Shown here: positions 52,301 to 62,771 of the stretch, one piece after another
Layout: each line of letters opens with the position of its first letter
Numbering within the stretch: the stretch's first letter is position 1
The notes under the pieces: model-generated
The model's input: only the letters and a program-made list of their open reading frames with translations
Database searches by the model: none
Told to the model about the DNA's origin: nothing
Translations under genes and position numbers: made by a program
Assembly (NCBI GenBank): GCA_001949185.1
Contig: BDGG01000018.1
Location: 186,001 to 250,000 of the forward strand
Origin: Ramazzottius varieornatus
Taxonomy: Eukaryota; Animalia; Tardigrada
DNA: 64,000 nt
Reading direction: 5' to 3'

Positions 52301-55300
52301 TAATGAGTGAGACAAGGCCCTGTGCGCAAGCCGTCACCGTACGGACTTACACTGTAAAGTCCATCTCTAGCCCGTCATCGACATGCATCCAAAGAACTAT
52401 AAGACCAGCCATGACGATGGCTAGTATTATTAGCCAAAGACACTGTTCATCACCACCACTCAAAGTCCTCTGTGCTCAACATTAAACATGGCTTATAATG
52501 ACCTCCATTTATGGATATGCCTTTTTTAACTGTCCCTTCTCTACACTTTCCTACTGTTCCACATCAAAATAAGACGCCCTCGCTTTGCCAACCTTTGCCA
52601 CAGTCAGTCCGATGCAGCTGTAGTGGCCATAGCATGTGGGCCTTGGTGGCCAATACCTGACTTCCTCCTTCACTTTCTACATAGTGCACTGCGAAACCTG
52701 TAGCAAAAGCCTTGTTTCAATGTCCAGTGCAGAACAATAAGCTACGTTAACTTATCGTCTGCACATTATCAGCCAAAACCTTGCAAAAACATGCAGGCAG
52801 GCGCAGACAGAATAAGCCATCGGTCAGCTCCAGCTTGATTACTTCCATCATATGCATCCCTGAAGGAGGGAGGACCAGAGGAAATATTCATGCTCTATAC
52901 AGTGGTCGTTTTGTTCGACCAATGGCGTTACTCCTTGACATTATTTGGCTGATTTCTGTCGTGTTGGACAGGCAGTGATGGGAGCTGCAGGTTTTGACCG
53001 ATGTGATGGCTGATGGAACGTCAGTCTTGTTGTTGCCTGTAAGGAAGAGAGTGCATGTGGCGCAACTGTTGCTAACAATAGATCATTTGGGCCGGTGCGT
53101 ACAAGAGAATGAGTGTAAAGTCTAAATGGCCAATCTTGCAGCATCTTGTAGCGTACAAGATGGCGTACAAAACGTAGGCCAATGGGGTGGATATCAATAG
53201 GCATATTGGCCATTGTGGACGAGGCAGTAAGTATATCAAGAAAAGCCACAGTAAATGATGGTTAGGCTTAAGGTTGCGTCGATGTTAGCGCCGAAGAAAA
53301 GGAGGGAAAGAAAGGCGGTGTCGTCTTGAACGTCGGCTTGAATAACAGGGACATAAAGTGTTGGCTGTTGTGAGCCAACCATCAGTCATCATCCATATCT
53401 GCGCCCTGTATGCTCGTTATACTTGTCGTAAACGATCCTCTGCCCCATGTGCATTGTCCATTTTACGTTCATCTTCTATCTTGCGAGCTGTGATAGCGCT
53501 CTTCTTGGCCGCCAACCTACCTTGGCTGTACGTCTTTGTAACCATTGCTTCTGGCCTGCAGCTCCTCACTGACTGCTCTCCCCCACAAGTAGACCTTGAG
53601 CAGGAAGAACCTGCTGAAGGCAAGTAGCCAGCTTGAACAGTTTGATCCGGCCACTGACATGTCCGTACTCAACTCTGCCGGAATCAAGGCACCGTCGGCA
53701 GCCAACTCTTTCTCACGGATATCCTCCCTTCTCCAGCGATCCACAGGTCTGTAGCCTCTTTCAACACCATCTCCTACCTTTTACCCTCCAGTGCGCAACC
53801 TTGACTAAACCAAGCTTTTCCCACTACTTTGGTACTCGTATCAAACCTAAAACTGCCAATTTGAAAGAGCAGAACCCCACGAACCTTTGATGGCGGCAGA
53901 AGCGGACGGAAGGAATGACTCGGCTTTTGTCACTAGTTTTTCTCCCAGACGTCCAGCCCTGCTTTTCTAGGAAACCGACGTTAGAAGCTAGTATGAGTAT
54001 CGTAAAAGTGAGATATAGAAGGCTTGTGATATGGTAGCCACAAAGTGGCAAAAGGTAGAGTGGGAAGGTATGTCAGTCAATATGGGCAAAGTTGACCAGC
54101 AAACAATGACGCAAAATATTATTCTTATATTTACGGCGTCTTCTGACAAGAGTCCAAGACGGCCAACGCTACTGTATATTGCGCCATATATAGCGTCAAG
54201 CTGTAGAACAAATAGTCAGCACGTGGGAAAATGCCGGCATTCTTCGAGGCAGGACGGCTATTGTAAACTGTCAAGTTCTTTATTATACGGCGAGTTATGG
54301 TATTGTTGAACTGGAGGTGCCACTGTCCTCCTTCAAGTGTGACATACGGCCATTCTCCAAGTAAAGTCGCCAAGTTCTTCGTGCTAGTACCCGGAAGAAT
54401 GCTTCGGAGTCTCTTGCTGTTGAAAGCCCAATACTTTCGACTGATGGGCTACGAGACTATACGTCAATCGTTGTGTGCATTGTGCCTAAGCTTCGCTTCT
54501 GTCCATAACAAGGCACATGTCAGAAAATAAAAGGACGTCAAGCGGAAAAGGCTTTGCTGCTTAATTGTTTGTTTTATTACCAGAAATGGCAGCCATTTTC
54601 TTGTTCTCAGATGGATGATCGACTTTGCGCTCAACTTCGGACTGTGCATATGGTTGCGTATCATATGGCAGCCTGTTGACACATATTATCAGGCCACTCT
54701 TCTTTGGGCCGAAAACATAGCTCAGCACAATCAAATTATGCATACATAATTGATAGAAATTGGCCGCTAGAACTTGGGAAGTTGTTAAATTTTGAAGAAG
54801 GGGGCGCTGTTTTGCTGTTGTTGAATGTGCATAAAGAAGAGCGTTGGAAGAGGAAGAAGCAGTCTTGAAGGGTCGATGGTGATTGCCGACAGGCCCGACA
54901 CATTTGTTTGATTTTCAGATTGAGGCAGATCTTTGACAATGTTGCTTGTTTGGCTCTTTGGCTGTTGGCTCTTGGTTGCAAAGCAAGCGAGGGATAAAGC
55001 AGTGAGCTATTGTCCAACAGGTTCTTGTGCTTTTCTGTCGACACAATACCAGCCATATATTTGATATGGGCAATGTTTGCTCGATGACGTTGTTGTTTTC
55101 TGCCTTCTTTCCATTTATCCTGACGATGACTTTTTTTGGGGGTGAGCATCGTCATGGAGCCGTTTGGAGCAAGAGCTGACTTGGTCTATTTGGTTAGTCA
55201 AGGCCCGAAGAGTTGCCAAACAGAGAGCCCTTCTGCTTCAGACCTCTCCAGCCGTGACGTCCGCCGCTTTCCCGCTTACGTCTACTCGTACCTCAAAGCG

Positions 55301-57537
55301 CCCCATTGTCTTGTCACTGCAACCTTATCTGCCCCACTCAAGATGGACACTTTTGGCCCCAGCTTTTAATCGCCATTATAAAATCCAGACATCCGCTCGC
55401 AGCCTATCTATCTGCTCTGTGTAAGTCCAATAATATGTAGTCCATTCTTGTCTTAGGCATACACAGCACATCTCTGCGCCGGTTGACCACTTTCCCATGG
55501 ATGACTGCACTTACGCGCCGAATTTACCAAAACTGCCGTCATACCGTGATAGTACATTTGCTTTGCGCGACAACTTGTCGGTCCATTACTTTCATTCGTA
55601 GATTTGCTTGTTGTGTCACCGTTAAAGAAAGAATGGTGGTTTCCAAGTTGAATGTACACAGGCACAGTGCAGACCACCTTCCCGGTAGAGGACGAGCGCA
55701 GCCGATGAAATTAGCGTTCTTCTATCAAGACCAGCAGTTGATTACGGGGCTGATTTAAGTGGGCGCATTAAAATCTTAGGAGAAGTGGGGCGATTGTGTA
55801 AAGTAAGTGATCAGTCTAAAACGCGTAAATAGTATCATCTTGTCATCAAATGAAGCGCTGCGAACGTTCAATGGATGTACTAAGGACAGTTGATTCTCAA
55901 GTTGTGATCTTGTTGGCCCCAGCCCAAACAATAGTTAGATTGTCTTCCATTGCGGCAAAAGTGCCGCTCGCCACTTTTCGGCTTATCAAGACACAGCCGC
56001 TATTTAATAGCCCACCATTGTACTACCCATCAAAAAGAGCCTTACGTTTGTCTTGGCATTTTAAACTCCAAGTGGAAGTGATGCATAAATTAACACTTGT
56101 AAGTCTGTTCTTGTAAAGAGCCGCAAAGCCACCCCAGTCTTTTCCGGCTATATGCTGAGTAACGAGCGGGAACAAAAAGAGCACATGTCGCTTAAGCTCA
56201 GTCTTGACTTTTGTGGAAGGCAGACAGTAGAGCTCTGCCATTAATCATGGCGGGGGAGGGAATTGTGACAGCCGAGGAATCTTAAAGCATATAGTGCGCT
56301 CAAAAACCGGCAGCTAGCCTTTCTTCCTCCCATGTCCTGCTCGGCTGGCAAAGACAATATTCCACTGTTTATCTTTGGCAGCGTCGTAGGAAAAAGACTT
56401 TGCATTATTCAGCGGCGCACAGCCAAAGGAAGGGGTTAATTTTAGCTTTTGTTAAGAGAGCGCAACTCTTGGAGTGACTGACGTTCACCGTTTGTGCTTT
56501 GTGGGCAGAGTACACAGTGAGATAACCGTCAAATCAAGCGTGCAAAGAAGGCCGTCCGTACAAGCAAACTTCGAACCTCATCAGACATTACATTTGTTCG
56601 TCAGGACAAAAATACCCCCCGCAAAAGAGCCTTGTGGCAAACAGTCGGAGGCATCACCCCAGACAAAGTCCATTCTCGAATGTGACTAGGCTCTTGTCAG
56701 GCTTGCGACAAGCTACTTGACCAGGTTGTCTGCCACGAAGAACTCTGGGCTTCGTCTTTGGAGAACTGAGTAGAGTCCCGTGACGCGAAGAAGGCAAGTT
56801 GTTTGTTTGTTTGATGGTCCTTCTTGGCCAAGGTGGATGTAGCTTCTTGTCCAGAATTACGGCCAAGTTAGGATCTGCCACTTCCGACATGACAGTAGTT
56901 GGTGACGGTTGGGAGACCTCCTTCATTCTCATCTACCGTATAAACACAACTTTGTCTTTGTCGGCTGCTGCATGTTTATTGTGTACCCAAGCTTTTTATC
57001 TTTTGTCGACACCAGCAAAAGTTGGCCATTATGCTGCCTCCAACTATGGCCAGAAGAGCGATCGTATTCCGCCGATACTAATCATGTTAGGCACAGTTGC
57101 AAAAAGGCCGTAACGAGCCAGTTGTGTGTCGTCTTTGGGCGATTAACCGGCCATGATAAAAAGAAAACAGAGGAGATTGTTTCGCAAGGCACTGAAATAA
57201 GCCCAACGTTGTCCATGCCATCATTGCCCATCAACCCATCGGACATGCTTGCTGCGCCACATATTCGCCGTTTAATGCCCAACTGGACGCATCTCGCTAA
57301 CTCCACCCACCCGCTGTAAAAAGCATGGCCCATTGTTCGTCATCCGACCGTAAAATTCGTTTAGAGCGGCAACTTCGTCCTCAATTTTGACTGGTTGAGG
57401 CCGGACTGACGGACCGCCTATGGGCGTATCCCGCTTGCTCATTTGATTGTGCAGAAAGAAAAACAATTCTTTCGCCGTGTCGACTGTCGACTTGTCTTGT
57501 TGAAGCTGAGCATGACGATGGCTGTTCTTTCTTGCAG
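46400..57537 (+). promoter_or_regulatory. ~11-kb gene-free upstream / 5'-intronic region of SoxD; candidate TATA box at 46571
   Basis: No credible ORF or recognisable TE; TATAAA at 46571-76; the first SoxD coding exon starts at a splice acceptor (57536-37), implying upstream exons. Confidence 0.5.
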
Positions 57538-57539
57538 AG

Positions 57540-60153
57540 ATGCCATCACGGCGGAAGAGTACGCCATGTAAGATTTCCTCCGTACAGCCCGACTCCTCCG
57601 CCTCGACGTCGCCCGTTAAGAACGAAGCGGAATCGCCTGATCGTGCCTCGCCTCGCTCCTCGCCAGATTCCTCCGACATGGACCAACCTGCCGTCCTCAA
57701 AATACAACCGGAAAGTCCGCAAGACGTCAAGGAAGAGTCTAGCCAGTCCGCGAAAGACGGGACCAGGGCGAACGGGAGCGAGTTCAACGTCGACGAGAAC
57801 CTGATCCTGCACTACATGCAGGAGAACACCAAGCTGGTCTCGTCCATCCTGGCCGAGAAGGATCTCTCCTTGGGCCACAAAGAGTTGTGCTTACAGCAGA
57901 TTATTCACTGCGTCAAGACGGCCAGGGACAAGTTGCGAATTACAAACAAAGATCAGGTAAGAAACAGACTGTTCTTGTTCTCGCCATCGAGCTTGTTTGC
58001 GGACCGGACAATCGTTTTATTCATATCTGATTCGGATATCGATCGAAAGCCACAAACGTCCTTCTTGTTGTTGACCACGTAACCCACCAAGTCCGCGTCG
58101 TAATATAACCCCCAAAGTGCGCCGGTGCTTCTCGGGAGAATGTTTGGGGTTCATATTTTCATGGAAAATTCAAGATGAAATAAATGGGCGGGATTTTTGT
58201 TGGAAAGCGCGGCACGGCCTTGAGTGAGGGCACCGGCTTTGACTGCATTGCACTTCCGGTTCGTGCTGTACGTATACTGATCCTTTTTCCCTTGCAGAAC
58301 TCGACTCCTGCGATCACACACACCAACGGTCACAGCTACCAGCCTTCAACCTCAACGTCCAACCAGCGATGCGACACTCCGACCAGCTCGGTCATCAAGA
58401 ACGGCAAGTCCTCGCCAAAGACCTTGTCCACTTCTCCCCTGTCCATCCCTCCCTTCGGCTTGCCCGCCGTCGCCTCCGACTCCTCGCAGGCCAACGCCGC
58501 CATGTGGGGTATGCTCCACTGCTACCCCTTCCTCGCTCAAATGCAGGGTCTACCTTTCGGAAGCCTACCTCCTTCCCCCGACTGGTAAGAGAAATGTCCA
58601 TCTGGTTTGCCCGTTACCTTGTCCAGTGGTGTTCTTCTTGGTTAGGTCGGCCCTGTCCAAAGCTCCCTCTCAAGAGGGCAAACGTCCTCATGGTCAAGAA
58701 GCCACGACCAACGGGGCTCCTCTCAACCTCTCGTCACGCACATCCTCTTCGAAAGGGGGCAAAGAAGGCAGTAACGGCAGACACAACCCTGACGCCATGG
58801 ACCTGTCCAAGCCCAAGCAGCAACGGCAGCGCTCCACCGGCGAACTGTCCATGGCTGGTGCCCGCTCCTTTCTCGATCGAGCCAGCTTTGCCCAAGATCC
58901 CCGATTCCATCGGACGGACCTACAAGCCTTGCTGCAGAACAAGCACGCCAGGATGGACGAAGGCATGGAATACGCCTCTGACGCTGAATCCGCAACCATG
59001 GGTAAAAGTTTTAGTCAAATATCAAAAGCAAACCATGTGGCGCACGCTTCAAGCCCATAAAACTGTGACCGTGCGCCATTTGGAAAGTAACAATGGAGCT
59101 CGGTCAGATCGTTGTCCCAAGTGACGCACTCTTCCAGCCATTGTGAGAGAGAGCGTGCGTCACTTGGGAAAGGATACGGTCGCGTGTGTTTGCCGAGCTC
59201 CTCATTTTGGAATTTACTTCAACTGAGTTTTGTTTTGTTTTTTTCCAGAGCGATCAGTGGGTGGAAAGAGTGTCAAGCATCCGAAAGCCAGTCGGAATGC
59301 CGATGAGGAGGCGATAAAGCGACCGCACATCAAGCGTCCCATGAACGCCTTCATGGTCTGGGCGCGCGAAGAACGGCGCAAAATTCTCAAAGCTTGTCCG
59401 GACATGCACAACTCCAATATCAGTAAAATTCTTGGTACGAACGTTTTACACAGTACCAAGAAGAATGTTGGGGCTTTACGAGCGTTTGATGGTGTAAAGA
59501 GCCATAAAGTTGCAAGTGATCAACGCTCTTTTTTGTGTCTTTCAGGTGCCAGATGGAAGTCCATGTCCAATGATGAAAAACAACCATTTTATGAGGAACA
59601 GAGTCGCCTTAGCAAACAGCACATGGAAAAGCACCCTGACTACCGGTAAACGCCGAGCATCTTTCACTTTACATTCAAAACGGAATGATTGAACATGAAT
59701 GAGAGCTCGCCAAGCAAATTCGACCCGATTGTTTTCTCCAGTGTCGCACTTATTCTATTGCCTAGGCTGGAGGCATGCGCCACTTCAGGAAAGATATGGT
59801 CGATTTTGGTTGTCTCAGGTCGCAGTTGGTAATTTCTCGGCCTCCTCAGACGACTGTTGTCCGCCGCCGAACGCTAAAAGCATACTAGTAGAAGTTGTCA
59901 AAATTTAGCCGATTGGGCACGGATTTTCCATCATTTTGTCGTTTGATTGGTTGGCAGGTACCGTCCTCGGCCAAAGCGGACGTGTGTTGTGGACGGCAAA
60001 AAGTTGCGAATAAGTGAGTACAAACACCTGATGCGCGAGCGTCGCCAACACGTACGCGATAACCTGCTACAAGGCGATGAATCTTCCAATTCTTCGATAG
60101 CGAACTCCTTCCACGGCCACGACTCACCCCTGCCCTATACTCCTGAAAGCTGA
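57540..60153 (+). CDS. SoxD: SoxD-group HMG-box transcription factor (Sox5/6/13, Sox102F, egl-13 group); exons 57540-57956, 58298-58584, 58646-59001, 59249-59434, 59546-59645, 59958-60153
   Basis: [93 protein letters not shown]; CtBP-type PLNLS and MDLSK motifs. Confidence 0.95.
59032..59172. repeat. Tandem pair of the N25 hairpin family in a SoxD intron
   Basis: Arms 59036-45/59071-80 and 59120-29/59155-64 (compensated GTGACGCAC/GTGCGTCAC). Confidence 0.88.
59735..59790. repeat. N25 hairpin-family copy in the last SoxD intron
   Basis: Arms 59740-49 (AGTGTCGCAC) / 59775-84 (ATGCGCCACT); 25-nt spacer. Confidence 0.7.
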
Positions 60154-60941
60154 GCCAACCCTTCGCTGTGCAGACCTTACGCTTGCAGAACCCGGTCGAT
60201 CAAGAAGACGTACTACCCGGGAGCCCCTTTTTGTCCGTTGATCAAAGTAGCAAACCTTTTTCTGTAGTGGAGGTTTCTTCCTGTACAAGACTTGCATGAG
60301 AGACCTTAGTTTGTTGTTTGCCGGTTGATCTGTCTGCCTATATGAGTTTGTTATCCAGTTGGTCCTCTGCTGGTGTTCCTGGCAAGAACTTGTTACCTGC
60401 TCTTTTCTGTTTGCTAGTCCCTATCAAATTCGAGACGACTTGTCGATGTTCAATAGAGTTGTGCCGGTTAGAAGTTGATTGTTGATAATGGTACTTTTCT
60501 TGCGTCCGCATGATGAAGTGCTCGGTAAGAGTTGAGGGCAGAGTCCGCGCCGTCTCAGCTCATTTCTACGCAGCCACTTTTTTCTACTGCGGCAAGAAAT
60601 CAAACGGAAGGTACAGTCTTCGGGTTGACCAGTGGGTCAGTTGAAGAAACTTGGAGAAACGTCCATGTGACGTCATTTCGCACCTAAGCTAAGTGCATCT
60701 AAACAACGCAGAAGGTGATTTCAAGAGGTGTGAAAAACGAGAAAGTATTGGAGAGACCAACTGTGCCAAAGCACCATGTATCAGTGAAGATCAAAGGAGA
60801 AGAATCTGCTGTCGCGTAACAAGCTTCTCACGTAAAAAATTTAGAAAAGTAAAACGAAAGACGCATCTGATGATCGTACAGCGTGAACCTGGCAATCGAC
60901 TTTCTTCCGGACCGCACTTTACTTCTAGTCTTCCTCCATCT

Positions 60942-62403
60942 TTACGGTATGAAGACCTTGACTGTTGGCCCCACTCGGGATTTCCCGTTTCCGGGGGCGG
61001 GATGAATGAAGCCTCCTCCTCCAAATCCTGCCGTGGCCACCATGGTGGGCTGAATTCCCACTGGAGCGCGGCAAACCATGCAGTGAGCCTGAAACTGGTT
61101 GACGTTGGCCAGGTAGCACTTCTCGCAGGCCGCAACGTGGTTGCATGGCTGGAACATTATGTTGGCCGGTTCCTCCTTGCACAGAATGCACAAGCCGCGC
61201 TCTTCCTCCCTCTTTTTGACCGTCAGCTTGCCCACTTTCACTAACAACAATAAACGGGAAATGGGCACATCATTTAAACTAGATCTTTATCCCAAGCGGC
61301 GCACTCGTACAGCCAGTAACAGTGAAAATATGCGCTACTTGTACAGCCAATCTTGACGAGTTTTCCAACTGGCGCACGCTATTGGCCAGTATCACTGGGA
61401 ATATACGCCACTTGGGAAAACGAAGTGGATCAGTTTGTCCGTCCACGTCTCAAATACACTTTTAAAGATTTCACGAAGGCTTTTCCAAAGGAGAAGGACT
61501 GAAGAGAGACTTACTGGAGAGTTTGGCTACCTGTTTGACCAAGTTGTCTCGGTCGGTCTTGATCACCCACGCCTCGTCCGGTTCCAACAGCCCGCCATTT
61601 GTGCCTTTAATGTTCATGGCCTGCAGCTTTCCCTGTGGCAAGAAGACTCAGCGTTACTATAAGAACCCTCCAGAAGCCTTTACAGAGCTCATCTTACGGA
61701 AATGGCGTCTTGGAAAAGGTCGAAGACGACGGTCTGGTCCACCTTCAACGTGACGCACTTGGCCAAGTTCCCGGCTTGTAGACGAGCTCCTGTGGCACTG
61801 TTCTCGTTCAGATCCTTCTGCCAAGAGTACAGAGACTTTATCGGAAGACTAAGTTGGCAAGAAGAAAATGAAAATGGAAGCTCACATTGCTGAAGAAAAC
61901 ATCATCCACCACTTCACCATCCTCCAAGGCCATCTTGTCCCCTTCCGCCGGTTTGATGAAGCCCCATCCACTGCAAAAATAACAAAGATCGAGGAACATC
62001 CACAGGTTTTAGAGAATCCTTCACCGGAACGTACCGGAAGACGTGGAAGGATTTAATACGGCCGGAAACGTGCTCCCCTGCAAGAGAAAAACCCCAAAAC
62101 TTGGACTTCTAGGTGACAGAACCAAGGACGACTTTCCCTCTTACCGATCAGCTGAAGATCCTTCTTGACTGCTGGAGCAACCACCTGCTTGACGGTAGCA
62201 GCCTTGGGAGCTGGAAAAGCCCGAGGAGGAGAGCTGGTGGATGGCCCAGGTTGACATTCAGGAACGGAAGCAACAGGTGCCTTCTTCTTGGCCATCTTGG
62301 CCAAGCCGCGAACCGCCTTGCTTTTCTTGGCCTTGACCACTGCCAGTCCTCTCACCTGCAGGTAGGCACCGTAGGCCTCCACCTCCTCGTCGGAGGACGA
62401 CAT
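60942..62403 (-). CDS. Cold-shock-domain + C3HC4 RING protein, ~307 aa; exons 62403-62145, 62077-62035, 61970-61886, 61817-61698, 61632-61515, 61240-60942
   Basis: All five GT-AG introns are phase-compatible. CSD: GRIKSFHVFRGWGFIKPAEG..DDVFFSN..TLKVDQTVVFDL..GKLQAMNIKGTNGG. RING: CILCKEEPANIMFQPCNHVAACEKC..CMVCRAPV. Confidence 0.78.
61290..61420. repeat. Tandem pair of the N25 hairpin family in the last CSD-RING intron
   Basis: Arms 61295-304/61330-39 and 61368-77/61403-12; 25-nt spacers. Confidence 0.82.
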
Positions 62404-62771
62404 CTTTCTGGACAGACCTGTGGAGAAATTAGTAAGGAGTATGATGGATCGAGCGACAGAGGAGAAAGAGAGCCTTCCTGGACGCAAAACACCGAAGAAA
62501 TGAAAACAGGAACCAATTAACCAAAGAAAGGGTACGTTTTCGAAAGAGATTCATTTTCCCTAACCCCTGAGCGGAGCTGGGCCTTCGCCCTTGCTTCCCC
62601 CAGTCACCCCAACTGGGCCACCCCATGATCGCCACTCGTACCGACTCATTCATGTCATTTTCTAATCGATACCATAGCTGGAAATATCAACAGGAAAAAT
62701 GCTACAGCGTCTATAACCGTCGACAGAAGTAGACGTACACTAGAGTGTACTAGAGAAACTCGAAGGTGAAG

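Noticed and set aside
46400-57500. Many 60-140 aa ORFs upstream of SoxD
   Set aside because: No domains and no consistent strand or exon chain; consistent with chance ORFs.
58369-59124. 251-aa ORF overlapping SoxD
   Set aside because: Alternative-frame read-through of GC-rich SoxD exons and introns.
6658-61420. N25 hairpin pairs read as a CRISPR-like repeat-spacer array
   Set aside because: Arms are inverted rather than direct repeats, spacers are homologous to each other, copies are dispersed, and there are no cas genes in this eukaryotic context.
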